A DNA stretch of 64,000 nucleotides from Octopus vulgaris. Its lineage: Eukaryota. Below the pieces are notes generated by a model. The model was not told the DNA's origin and ran no database searches. It was given only the letters and a program-made list of their open reading frames with translations. Positions within the stretch are counted from its first letter, which is position 1. Every line of letters begins with the position of its first letter. The stretch lies in assembly GCA_951406725.2 (NCBI GenBank), contig OX597840.1:5270001-5334000 (forward strand), given 5' to 3'. Of this stretch, positions 29,224-41,084 are shown piece by piece. A program made the position numbers and the translations under genes.

Positions 29224-29818
29224 GTGAAGGTGCATGGCTCAGTGGTTAGAGCGTCGAGCTCACGATCTTGAGGTTGTGAGTTCGAATCCCAGACCGTGCT
29301 GCGTGTTGTGTTCTTGAGCAAGACACTTTATTTTCACGTTGCTCCAGTTCACTCAGCTGCAGAAATGAGTTGCGACGTCACAGGTGCCAAGCTGTATCGG
29401 CCTTTGGTATTCTCTTGGATAACACTGGTGGCGTGAAGAGCAGAGGCCGGTATGCAAGGGTGACTGCTGGTCTTCCATAAACAACCTTGCCCAGATTTGT
29501 GCCTGGGATGGTAACTTTCTTGATGTTAACTTAAAGGCGGCGAGCTGGCAGAATCATTAGCACGCCGGGCAAAATACATAGCCGTATTTCATCTGCCGTT
29601 ACGTTCTGAGTTCAAATTCCGTCGAGGTCGACTTTGCCTTTCATTCTTTCGGGGTCGATAAATTAAGTACCAGTTATGCACTGGGTCGATGTAATCGACT
29701 TAATCCATTTGTCTGTCTTTGTTTGTCCCCTCTGTGTTTAGCCCCTTGTGGGTAGTAAAGAAATAGGTAACTTTCTAGGTGCAATCCCATGGTCAGTCAT
29801 GACCGAAGGGGATCTCAG
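29224..29818 (+). mobile_element. Family F tRNA-derived SINE with nested family C SINE (29522-29765)
   Basis: Head 'gtgaaggtgcatggctcagtggttagagcg...gagttcgaatccc'; the nested copy is flanked by TSD GGTAACTTTCT (29510-29520, 29766-29776). Confidence 0.88.
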
Positions 29819-30008
29819 CAGCATTGTTTGGAATTAACATGTTGTCTACAGCTTCAAGATTTCAATGATGAGATTGTTTGATTTTAGAATGACATTGTAG
29901 TGTAGGTGTGAGAGGCCTGATCTGGCTGATTTTAACATAGAAGACGCTGAAAATTTGGGTTTGATATGGCTAATTTAACCCCATTAGCATTCAGGTTACC
30001 CTGCAAAA

Positions 30009-30389
30009 GTTCAGCCCCTCCTCCACGGGGTGCAGACTGGGCAACGCGAGCACAGCAAGCCAGCTGTGCTAGCGGCAAACGGGGCTCTGACAGTCATCAA
30101 GTCCTCAACAGTGGAACAGGTGGATGAAGTTGCCTTAACAACTCAACGGCTGTGAAGGCGGACAAAGGCTGCAGCTGACCATCGACTCCAATCGTCTCAG
30201 TTTACCTTGCCATTGGGTCAAGTTGGTGGTCTGTCAAGTTTACGTGTGCTTTACTGGGCGTGCGACCTCAAGCACACGTTAAAAAATTTCACACACAGGC
30301 GTCTTCGCCACCACTCTTCTTACTCACCAGTAAATTTGTGTGAAGACCATCATCCTCGACCTGGAGGGATTGCCATCATCATCATCATC
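30009..30389 (+). mobile_element. GC-rich retroposed insert with (CAT)n tail, single copy in window
   Basis: TSD-like ACCCTGC(A/C)AAA at 29998-30008 and 30390-30400; interrupts a MITE unit. Confidence 0.7.
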
Positions 30390-30592
30390 ACCCTGCCAAA
30401 TGTAACACTTATTTTGTTTTGGATTAGTCATGCGTTAACTTGTAGCTTCAAGATTTCAATGATGCAATTGCTTATTTCTAGCATGACAAAGTAGCAGACA
30501 TCCGAGGGGCCAGACCTGGCCAGTTTGAACCTAAAACATGTAGAATATTTGGGCTGGATATGGCTGGTTTAGAGTACTCTGTCAAATGTAAT

Positions 30593-30900
30593 CACGTGAT
30601 CACATCACCGACCAGGCTATCAGATGTTGCTACACATCGCTGGTCACAATGCGCTTCACATTGTTTTAGCCTTCAAATGATGCCACCCTGCTGGCTAAGT
30701 GAGCAGGCCAACAGAAGAAAGAGTGTGAGAGAAAGTTATGGTGAAAGAGTACAGCAGGGATCGCCACCACCCCCTGCCAAAGCCTCGTGGAGCTTTAGGT
30801 GTTTTCGCTCAATAAACACTCACAATGCCTGGTCTGGGAATCGAAACCACGATCCTACGACAGCGAGTCTGCTGCCCTAACCACTGGGCCATTGCACCTC
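30593..30900 (-). mobile_element. Family D SINE with RTE-like 3' tail, 16-bp TSD
   Basis: TSD CTCTGTCAAATGTAAT at 30577-30592 and 30898-30913; tail resembles the RTE 3' end at 59683-59750. Confidence 0.88.
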
Positions 30901-31514
30901 TGTCAAATGTAATGCTTCTTATAAATAAGCATTTGTTTTGAATTAATCATGTATTATCTCATAGCTTTGAGATAATACAGGATTAATATATGTATTATCT
31001 CATTGCTTTGAGATAATACAGGATTAATATATGTATTATCTCATAGCTTTGAGATTTCAATAATGTGACTATGATTTTAGAATGACATTGTAAGGCATGT
31101 GTGTGAGGCCAGATCAGGCCAGTTTGAAAATAAAACAGGTAGAATGTTCGGGTTTGATATAGCTGGGTTAACTCTTTAGCATTTAGAATTACTCCGTCAA
31201 ATGTTATGCTAATTTATGCGCATTGATTTGAATTAATTATGCATTATCTCAAAGCTTTGTGATTTGAATGATGTGACCCTTTAGTTTTAGAATGATATTG
31301 TAGGGTAGGTGTAAGAGGTCAGATCCACTCACAAGGCTTTGGTCGGCCTGAGGCTATAGTAGAAGACACTTGCCCAAGGTGGCATGCAGTGGGACTGAAC
31401 CCAGAACCATGTGGTTGGTAAGCAAGCTACTTACCACGCAGCCACTCCTACGCATATAATGTATGTTTGTATTTATGCTTATATATATTCTTTCTACTGG
31501 AAGCACAAGGCCGC

Positions 31515-31545
<31 letters not shown>

Positions 31546-31725
31546 GTATATATAGGGAGAGAGTGAGAGGTTATGAGAGGTAATGGTATCAATAAGACCC
31601 AAAGGTGTCAGGTAATGCTGAGTAAGTGCTATGGACGAACCATAGTTAAGCGCTAAGTTTGGTGATTATGTGAATAAGGAGTCCAATGTAGGTGATATAT
31701 CAGCACGTGTATATATAAAAAGATC

Positions 31726-31833
31726 TTTTTTCAGATTGAGATAAAAAAAACCAAGGCTGTGAAGATTTTAGAACATTATTTATAAATGTTCTAAAATCTT
31801 CACAGCCTTGGCTTTTATCTCATTCTGAAAAAA
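31726..31833. repeat. Near-perfect inverted repeat (~50-bp arms, 7-nt loop)
   Basis: ccaaggctgtgaagattttagaacatt (31751-31777) / aatgttctaaaatcttcacagccttgg (31785-31811), extending outward. Confidence 0.95.
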
Positions 31834-31849
31834 AAATTATATATATATA

Positions 31850-32269
31850 GGTATAGGAGTGGCTGTGTGGTAAGGAGCTTGCTTACCAACCACATGGTTC
31901 GGGTTCAGTCCCACTGCATGGCATCTTGGGTAGGTGTCTTCAACTATTGCCTCGGGCCGACCAAAGCCTTGTGAGTGGATTTGGTAGACGGAAACTGAAA
32001 GAAGCCCGCCGTATATATGTATATGCATATATATGTATGTATGTGTGTGTGTGTATGTGTGTCTGTCTTTGTCCCCCAAGCATCGCTTGACAACTGATGC
32101 TGGTGTGTTTACATCCCCGTAACTTAGCGGATCGGCAAAAGAGACCGATAAAAAATAAGTACTAGGCTTACAAAGAATAAGTCCTGGGGTTGATTTGCTC
32201 GACTAAGGGCGGTGCTCCAGCATGGCCACAGTCAAATGACTGAAACAAGTAAAAGAAAGAGTAAAGAGA

Positions 32270-32270
<1 letters not shown>
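31850..32270 (+). mobile_element. Family A SINE, full length
   Basis: Matches consensus. Confidence 0.92.
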
Positions 32271-32342
<72 letters not shown>

Positions 32343-32816
32343 TGGGACAACTGTATCATCCAAATAGACAATACAAAAAATACGGATGGGTCATTCGAAG
32401 CCTTCAATCTTCTGTCAAGAACCGGATCATCTTCGCAATTTCGGCTGATTAATCTTGAGATTGCTCCAATCTGGCCAGCCCCAAGGAAAAACTAAGCTAA
32501 GAGCATTAGCTTCCTCAGAAAAAGGATTGAATGTGTACGAAACAAGGAGAGAAAAACGACACACAAACATACACAAAAAACGTTCATACACACACACTCA
32601 CACATAGGAAGTGACTACTCTACAATGTAAAATAATGCAGAATACGAAGAACTCAATACATTACAGTAGTGTAGTATAAAGCAAAACTGATTAAATGCAA
32701 AACTTCAAATTATGACACCGAGTTCCATGTCTTATCAATTTCTAAACTTTACAGTTGGTATAAACATAAAACTAAGACCTATACACACACCACACACACA
32801 CACACACACATACACA

Positions 32817-32869
<53 letters not shown>

Positions 32870-32936
32870 GTATATACATACACATATATATATATACACA
32901 CACATGTATCTATCTATCTATCTTTCTCTCTCTCTC

Positions 32937-32970
<34 letters not shown>

Positions 32971-33795
32971 TATACACATGTATACATGTGTGTGTGTATA
33001 TATATATATATACATCCTAACAGACAATTAACACACATATTTGACCTCCTTTATATATGCAGAGTGCTCTTTTCTTTTTTATTTGTAGCTATTCGTGTGT
33101 GTGTGTGTATATACACACATGGACATATATATAGAGTGATGGATAAATAGATACATAGATATACATAAATGTATTTATACGTGTGTGTGTATGCATATAT
33201 GTATCTGTATATAAATTTATATTTATATATATGAGTGTGTGTGTGTGTGTATGTATGTACACATAAATATAGTCAGGCACACATACGTACACATATCCAC
33301 ACAACCACATGGGCACACATACAAAGATATATACATACACAGATGTTAATATTGTATACCTTGCATATGTAATCTCATGCAGTCATTTGGCTTCTCAATC
33401 TATGAAATTTTGATCTAGCAGCTCTGGTGATACATTGTGTAGCCTTACAAAACACATCTTATATTGCTTGTAATGTCTCCGTGTTAATCAGGTCTAACAA
33501 CCGAATACATATTCTCATATGCAATCAAACTATGGAATTATTCAGCTTTATCATTTTTTTAAAGATTTTTATTTTTTATTTTATTTCTGTCTGCTTGACT
33601 GTCTGGCTGTCGAGCTAGTTGGTTTGCTGGCTGGCTGGCTGGCTGGTTGGCTGGTTGGATGGTTGGCTGGTTGGCTGGTTGGCTGGTTGGCTGTCCCCTC
33701 ATCTCTCTCTCTCTCTCTCTCTCATTCTCTTTGTTACTCCATGTGTACATATATGTGTGTGTGTGTGTGTGTGCGTGTGTGTATGTATCTCTCTC

Positions 33796-33826
<31 letters not shown>

Positions 33827-33875
33827 CCAGATATATATGTATAGATGTGTGTGTGTATGTATGTATGTATGTAGG

Positions 33876-33911
<36 letters not shown>

Positions 33912-33971
33912 TATATACACACACATATATATATATATACACACACGCACGTATATATGTGTCTATATATA

Positions 33972-34007
<36 letters not shown>

Positions 34008-34017
34008 CCTACATACA

Positions 34018-34071
<54 letters not shown>

Positions 34072-34107
34072 TATATATATATATGCATACACACACACAC
34101 GTATATT

Positions 34108-34172
<65 letters not shown>

Positions 34173-34281
34173 GTTGTGTACTGTCAACTCAATGTGACAG
34201 TCCGTAAGGGAATTACACCACCGCCATTTAGCCCTAGGCTTTCAAGCCTAATCATGTTTATCTACATCACTCTCTCTATAT

Positions 34282-34314
<33 letters not shown>

Positions 34315-35114
34315 ATGCATCATTGTATTTGTGTTTGTCCTCCCTGTCACCAATTCATGGCAACTGATATTAGTTTGTTTGTGTCCCCACAACCTAGTAG
34401 TTTGGCAAAAGAGACCAATAGAAAAAAGTACTAGACTTCAAAAAAAAAAAAAAAATAGTCACTAGTGTTGATTACTGAAACTCTTCGAGGTGGTGCCCTA
34501 GCATGGCTGCTGTCCAATGACTGAAAGAAAAGAAAATTTTAAAAATGGGTAAACAGTAAACTGATTCAGAGTTGCAGATATAAATATCAAATGTGTGAAA
34601 TCTAGTCAGAAAAAAAAAAGAGGGAAAAAAGTTGTTGCAAATATAAGAAAATATCGGAAGGAGGAAAATAGTGAAAACAGTGTGATACAAATGGGAAAAT
34701 CGAAGAAATATTTGCTGCCAGCTGGTAAAACTTCCTCCCCATGCGTAGTTAAAGAGATAAGATCTCCAACAGAAATATCCATAATTGCTGAAAAAAATTA
34801 CTGTCAATAAAATAAAAGAGGTTATAGCTGTAGAGTTATTGAGTTTTAGAACAGAATATTTTGGGTTGAATAGACCCTATTCAATAGAATGCTTGCCATG
34901 AAGGTGACAGATGATGAAGGGGGTGTTTTATGGACAAATAATAATAAAAAAAGGAATGGTTGTCAGTGAATGGGATGGGGGTGGGTGGGTTTGACTTTTT
35001 TTTAAATACTGAATTGGTTATATTTGTATTATCATTTTGTTGTTTTTGGCATTTATTATCATTTGAAGTCTGTGTTTGATGTTGGGTTGCATTTGGGGAT
35101 TTATGAGGGATTGA

Positions 35115-35765
35115 TAGGTCCCTTTAGGTCTCACCTAGGAAATGACTAGAGACCAAAACCTATGGAAGTATGCTGCGCGTGAGAAGACCCGGCAGGACAA
35201 GTGAGACCATAACCCATGGCATCTACCTGGGATGTAGCCAGTCCACTTATGGGTCCACTTATGCATACCTTTCCTTCTTGGGACACAAAACTCTACTTGT
35301 GAAGACCTGTTGAGGCAAGTGAGAATCAGAATCGAAATCGAAATCGATCAACATCAATGGAAATCGTAGCTGTGATTTTCCAGTGCCGGTGGCGTGTAAG
35401 AGAACCATTCAAACGTGGCCTTTGCCAGCCTTGCCTAGCCCCCGTGCTGGTGGCACGTAAAATGCACCATCCGACTGTGGCCATTTGCCAGCCTCGTCTG
35501 GCACGTAAAAAGCACCCACTACACTCACGGAGAATGGAAAGCAGACATTAAACGATGATGATGATGATGACACATATATATCATCATCATCATCATCATC
35601 GTTTAACATCCGTTTTCCATGCTAGCACGGCATGGACGGTTCGACCGGGGTCTGGGAAGCCAGGAGGCTGCACCAGGCGCCAGTCTGATCTGGCAGTGTT
35701 TCTACAGCTGGATGCCCTTCCTAATGCCAACCACTCTGTGAGTGTAGTCCACTCCATGAGTGTAG
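35115..35765. mobile_element. Family B copies tail-to-tail (+ 35115-35570, longest 5' end in the window; - 35580-35765)
   Basis: (GAT)n and (CAT)n tails face each other at ~35553-35600. Confidence 0.82.
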
Positions 35766-35777
35766 TAAATCAAGTTC

Positions 35778-35847
<70 letters not shown>

Positions 35848-36193
35848 ACATATATATATACTGACTTTCATAAATATATACATTCAATCTTCCTTACATA
35901 TGTATGGTTATGCATATAGCATGCATATATCTGTGTGTGTGTGTGTGCACATATATGTGAGTGTGTGCATATATATATATATATGTGTTTGTGTGTATAC
36001 ATATATAATACATAGATGTATTCAGGCATACATTTATGCTTACATTTATGTATACATTTATGCTTACATACATACATACATGTACACATACACATGTATC
36101 TATATACATACACATGCATCTCTACACACATACAAGCACTGTATGCACACATATGCAACAAAACAATCCACATAAATTCATGCATACATCCAT

Positions 36194-36237
<44 letters not shown>

Positions 36238-36852
36238 TCCAATAGTTGTTGTAGGCTTGAGACCAGCAAGTAGTACCCAAAGTATTCTATTATTATTTTT
36301 TTTGGACAATCTGCAAAAAAAAAAGAAAGAAAAATGTTAAATAAACAAAGAAAAATAATAAAGAAAGAACACTAAAAGTCTATACTGGAAATGTGAACAA
36401 TATTGAGACACAGCTGGATTTAATAACAAGATTTTCTGTGAATATAAGGGATGGAATTTGGCCAAAAGAAACATTCATATTTGCTAGTTGAATGCTGTAA
36501 AAGAATCTGCATTCCTAAACAAAAGCCCTTTAAAAATCAATGGTTTTGCTAACACCCTTGTTCCTTGAAATGATTTCTGTTGTTAAGCAACAACGATGAT
36601 GATGACACACATCCACCCATCCATCAATCTATGCCTACCTACCTACCTACCTGCCTATCTACCAGGATGCCATGATAGATCGTTAGCTCCTACATGCACA
36701 GGTGCCAGGCGAGGCTAGCAACGGCCATGATCGGATTGGAGCATTTTACGTGCTACCGGCACAGAAGCCAGTCAAGGCGGCGCTGGCATCGGCCATGATT
36801 CGGATGGTGCTTTTTACGTGCCACCGGCACACATCCATCATGATAAGACTTT

Positions 36853-37402
36853 CATCATCATCATTGTTTAGCGTCCGCTTTCCATGCTAGCATGGGTTGG
36901 ACGGTTCAATTGGGGTCTGGGAAGCCAGAAGGCTGCACCACGCCCAGTCTGATCTGGCAATGTTTCTACGGCTGGATGCCCTTCCTAACGCCAACCACTC
37001 CGAGAGTGTAGTGGGTGCTTTTTACATGCCACCAGCACGGGGGCGAGGCGAGGCTGGCAAACAGCCATGGTCGAATGGTGCTTTTTACGTGCCACTGGCA
37101 CGGGGGCTAGGCAAGGCTGGCAACGGCTATGTATGGATGGTGCTTTTTACGTGCCACTGGCACGAGGCCAATCGGGGCGGAGCTGGCAACGGCCACGTTC
37201 GTATGGTGCTTTTTATGTGCCACCGGCACGAGGCCAGTCGGGGCGGCACTGGCAATGGCCACGTTCGGATGGTTCTCTTACGTGCCACCGGCACTGGTAT
37301 CAGAGCTGCAATTTCCATTGATGCTGATCGATTTCGATTCTCACTTGCCTCAACAGGTCTTCACAAGTAGAGTTTTGTGTCCCAAGAAGGAAAGGTATGC
37401 AT
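36853..37402 (-). mobile_element. Family B retroposon with four ~60-bp internal subrepeats
   Basis: Repeated 'gtgctttttacgtgcca...ggcaacggcc'. Confidence 0.88.
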
Positions 37403-37606
37403 ATGTGTCCCGAAAACAGATCAAGAAATGAAATAATCGTGACACACCTGTACATCAATGGATTCAGGTGGCAAAACTGTTGGCTTTTACCTGTACTTGT
37501 TGTTGGTCACATAGAGTTTCTTCTTTAAACATGCAAATGTATATAAATTTAAATGTATGTTAAATGGATATTAAAGAGGCTATCTTTTGTTTTCAATACC
37601 TTCCAG

Positions 37607-37693
37607 CAATGTAGAAAAAGGACAAGCTTTGAAACTGGTCCGCAAACTGGAAGAAATCATGAAGCTTCCTTCTGGAACGTTCTCTGGTATCAG
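37607..37693 (+). CDS. Internal coding exon (87 nt, phase 2-2): NVEKGQALKLVRKLEEIMKLPSGTFSGI(R/S), unidentified protein
   Basis: Acceptor ttttgttttcaataccttccag, perfect donor CAG|gtaagt, open amphipathic-helix-like frame; joins exon 5499-5558 in frame (TA|C = Tyr). Confidence 0.8.
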
Positions 37694-37763
37694 GTAAGTT
37701 TTTATCTCTTCTCTTCTATTTCTTTTTTACTCCATCTTTGCCTGTCATCATTCTCTACATATA

Positions 37764-38132
37764 TCTCTATATATATAAACTGTAAAATGTCTGTCTGTGT
37801 GTGTGTCCTTTATACAAATCCACAATTTTTCAGTTAGAGGACTCGCACTTTCTATGGTCATTCAAAACCCTCCAAAGATGGTCGTGCACATCTTTACATT
37901 TCCCTAGTCACCCTGCAAAGCCATTAAAAAAATCAATAGAAGGGACTTTTTTGTGAATTTTCTATCCAAAACCCAATCAAAATGCCTGAAACTTGAAACA
38001 CCAATTGAATGCCAGCTAGCTGTATGTGATTGGTTGGAGATTTGGACAGTACTCGCATGTATGTGCACATGCACGCAGCTGTATATGCATGCACTTGCAC
38101 TATCACCCGGCATTGCCAGGTCATAGTGCTAG
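37764..38132 (+). mobile_element. Non-autonomous Helitron-like element
   Basis: A|TC start 'tctctatatatataaa..tgtctgtctgtg', subterminal hairpin acccggc-att-gccaggt, CTAG|T end, no TSD. Confidence 0.75.
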
Positions 38133-38309
38133 TGTAGTATAAAGAAATAGAGAAGGTATCAGCTGAATATATTTATTTCACCATTAGACATCCATATAAT
38201 AATGATTATTTTGCAGTTTTGTTTTCGTTTACTATGAGGTTTGTTGCTATTAAAGGAGCTTTTTCATGAATACCACCTGATTACTGAAATCCATATATTC
38301 TACATTAAA

Positions 38310-39743
38310 TCGGCTTGCGAAGACCTGTTGAGGCAAGTGAAATCAATCAAAAGCCCAATCCAAATCAAAATCAAAATCGATGACTGGCGTCCGTGCTAGT
38401 AGGGTGCAAAGAGCACCATACGAGCGTGGTCAATGACAGAGCAGCTAACCGGCTTCCATGCCAGTGGCACTTAAAGGGCACCATTCGAGCATGATTGTTA
38501 CCAGCATCACCTTACTGGCACTTGTGCCCATGCTAGTAGGGTGCCAAGGGTACCATCCGAGCGTGAGCGTTGCCAGAGCAGCCAACTGGCTTCCATGCCA
38601 GTTGCACGTAAAAGGGCACCATTCGAGCATGATTGTTACCAGCATCACCTTACTGGCACTTGTGCCCATGCTAGTAGGGTGCCAAGGGTACCATCCGAGC
38701 ATGAGCGTTGCCAGAGCAGCCAACTGGCTTCCATGCCAGTTGCACGTAAAAGGGCACCATTCGAGCATGATTGTTACCAGCATCACCTTACTGGCACTTG
38801 TGCCCATGCTAGTAGGGTGCCAAGGGTACCATCCGAGCGTGAGCGTTGCCAGAGCAGCCAACTGGCTCCCGTGCCAGTGGCACTTAAAGGGCACCATTCG
38901 AGCATGATTGTTACCAGCATCACCTTACTGGCACTTGTGCCCATGCTAGTAGGGTGCCAAGGGTACCATTCGAGCGTGAGCGTTGCCAGAGCAGCCAACT
39001 GGCTTCCATGCCAGTTGGCACTTAAAGAGCACCATTCGAGTGTGATCGTTACCAGCGTCGCCTTACTGGCAGTTGTGCCTGTGCTAGTAGGGTGCAAAGA
39101 GTACCATCTGAGCGTGAGCGTTGCCAGAGCAGCCAACTGGCTTCCATGCCAGTTGCACGTAAAAGGGCACCATTCGAGCATGATTGTTACCAGCATCACC
39201 TTACTGGCACTTGTGCCCATGCTAGTAGGGTGCCAAGGGTACCATCCGAGCGTGAGCGTTGCCAGAGCAGCCAACTGGCTCCCGTGCCAGTGGCACTTAA
39301 AGGGCACCATTCGAGCATGATTGTTACCAGCATCACCTTACTGGCACTTGTGCCCATGCTAGTAGGGTGCCAAGGGTACCATCCGAAGCGTGAGCGTTGC
39401 CAGAGCAGCCAACTGGCTTCCATGCCAGTTGCACGTAAAAGGGCACCATTCAAGCATGATTGTTACCAACGTCGCCTTACTGGCACCTGTGCTGGTGGCA
39501 TGTGTAAAAGGATTCGAGCGAGGTCATTGCCAGTACCACCTCACTGGCCTCCGTGCCGGTGGCACGTAAAAAGCACCCACTACACTCTCGGAGTGGTTGG
39601 TGTTAGGAAGGGCATCCAGCTGTAGAAACTCGGCCAAATACAGATTGGAGCCTGGTGCAGCCATCTGGTTCGCTAGCCCTCAGTCAAAATCGTCCAACGC
39701 ATGCTAGCATGGAAAGCAGACGTTAAGCGATGATGATGATGAT
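38310..39743 (+). mobile_element. Family B retroposon containing an expanded 137-138-bp tandem array
   Basis: 5' 'gaagacctgttgaggcaagtg' and 3' 'gttaggaagggcatccagc...(GAT)n' bracket the array. Confidence 0.88.
38395..39490. repeat. Tandem repeat, unit 137-138 bp, about 8 copies
   Basis: Unit starts 'ccagt(t/g)gcac' at about 38461, 38598, 38736, 38874, 39011, 39149, 39287 and 39425. Confidence 0.95.
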
Positions 39744-39805
39744 GGTATGGCACTTGGTCGAGTACGTATGTTAATTATCAGTGCTCTCAAATTTAAAATT
39801 GAAAT

Positions 39806-39889
39806 ACTATACTGAGGAAGGGAATAAGTGAGTAGAAATATGATTTTACATCTTTTTACATTTCTTTAACCCAGAAACGCGTATACAGT
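39806..39889 (+). ncRNA. Type I hammerhead ribozyme motif with intact core, palindromic stem III and enlarged stem II
   Basis: ACTATA-CTGAGGA(39812-18)-AGGG...CCC-A-GAAA(39874-77)-CGCG-TA^-TACAGT; stem I 5/6 bp, stem III palindrome ACGCGT. Confidence 0.7.
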
Positions 39890-40186
39890 TAATCAAAGCC
39901 GGCTGGATTCGTTAATTTTTTCTCTTTACTTGCATGAGTTGTTGAGTATTGCTATCTGGGAGATATCTTATGGTAGTGGAATAGTATTTAACTGCTATTT
40001 CTAAATTTCGGTATGTGGTGAAGCAAATTTTGCTGAACCCTAATTATAATTATGCTTATAAATTATAGAATTTTTGTATAAGGTTACTGATAATGGTTCT
40101 TTTAACACACCAAATTACTTGGTAAAATTATTAATTATTAATTAATTAATTTTACCCTTAATTATTATTATTATTATTATATATAT

Positions 40187-40404
40187 AGTCGCCATGATAG
40201 ATCGTTAGCTACTACACACATTTTTTCTCTCCTTTTTTTCTCTCCTTTTTTTTTCTCTCCTTGTTTTTTCTGTGTCCCTTTCAATAGAAGAGCATAGGCT
40301 CGAAATGTAAAAGACTTTTTCTATTCCTGAGCGTTGTACTAATACATCTGTTTGTTTTGTACACCACCTGTCTTCGTCTTTGTTTTTTTCGTAAACTCTC
40401 CCTA
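40187..40404 (+). mobile_element. (TA)n-inserted pLTR-like repeat, decayed hammerhead-like motif at 40277-40314
   Basis: Paralog of 28338-28484 and 41085-41284. Confidence 0.6.
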
Positions 40405-40430
40405 TACATATATACATATATATATATACA

Positions 40431-40950
40431 AATAAGAAAATGGAGAACAATTTAGTTGGTTCATCAGCTTTTGGATATTAGAATGTTGATTTATTTATTT
40501 ATTTAACAAAAACGGGAACCTCGTTCCATGTATTCATATTTTTAAAGTTCTTTATAATCTCTGACGAGGCCTATGGTTATATATAAGTACCCTATTTTTA
40601 AATGCCTACAACCTCAATATAATTGACAACTATGGGTACTGAAAAACTACTTTTTCCATAGGCTGAAACAGCTGTAAGAGTGATTTTAATGATGTTAATG
40701 ATTTTAATGATTTCAATAATCTATATTAAGATTTATATAATAGTATTCTTATCTTATATGTATTGAATTATAATGTATATATGTATGTTATTAAGGTTCT
40801 CGTTTTTGTTAAATAACGGTGCCCCAGCATGGCCACAGCTTGTGAACTGAAACTAGATAAAAAAAAAATAAATAAAATAAAAATAAAGTCAACATTCTAA
40901 TATCCGAAAGCTGATGAACCAACTAAATTGTTTTTCCATTTCCTTATTGG
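40431..40950. repeat. Long inverted repeat (40431-40521 vs 40795-40950) enclosing a hammerhead motif
   Basis: 'aatttagttggttcatcagcttttggatattagaatgttga' vs 'tcaacattctaatatccgaaagctgatgaaccaactaaatt'; the right arm is interrupted by a short retroposon tail (~40815-40875). Confidence 0.9.
40556..40682 (+). ncRNA. Type I hammerhead ribozyme motif with ~97-nt stem II domain
   Basis: TCT-CTGACGA(40561-67)-GGCCTATGG...[AGTACCC/GGGTACT]...CCATAGGCT-GAAA(40665-68)-CAGCTG-TA^-AGA; stem III palindrome ACAGCTGT. Confidence 0.75.
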
Positions 40951-41084
40951 TATTATAAATTAATGGTAAAATATTTCTTTACTTTCACCCATTTAATACA
41001 ATAAGTGTATTAATAATTTGGGTATTATACTAACAGTATATTGGATAAATATTATCTCTTAGTGTGTTGGATTCATAACCCCTA

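Larger units (their letters stand above)
29159..31325 (+). mobile_element. Head-to-tail array of about four TTAA-type (piggyBac-like) MITE copies, three interrupted by retroposons
   Basis: Units start 'ttaaccc(t)ttagcatt' at 29159, 29975, ~30570 (clipped) and 31168; an intact single copy lies at 56674-56902. Confidence 0.75.

Noticed and set aside
32380-32500. Minus-strand GGCTG...CAGCC-GAAA stem, and a half motif GAAACATGTGTC at ~59333-59345
   Set aside because: There is no recognisable CUGANGA-type box, so these are too degenerate or truncated to call hammerheads.
35115-35230. Possible HDV-like or twister ribozyme at the family B 5' end (GGTCTCAC...GTGAGACC pairing)
   Set aside because: I could not place the nested pseudoknot or catalytic residues; only a long-range helix is evident.
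38445-39625. Repeat-protein-like ORFs, or a CRISPR-like array
   Set aside because: The units are contiguous with no unique spacers, frames shift between 137- and 138-bp units, and the array lies inside a retroposon.
40900-40925. GAAAG-CTGATGA adjacent, resembling a permuted hammerhead core
   Set aside because: There is no room for stem III, a cleavage triplet or stem I between the boxes, and no stem II.
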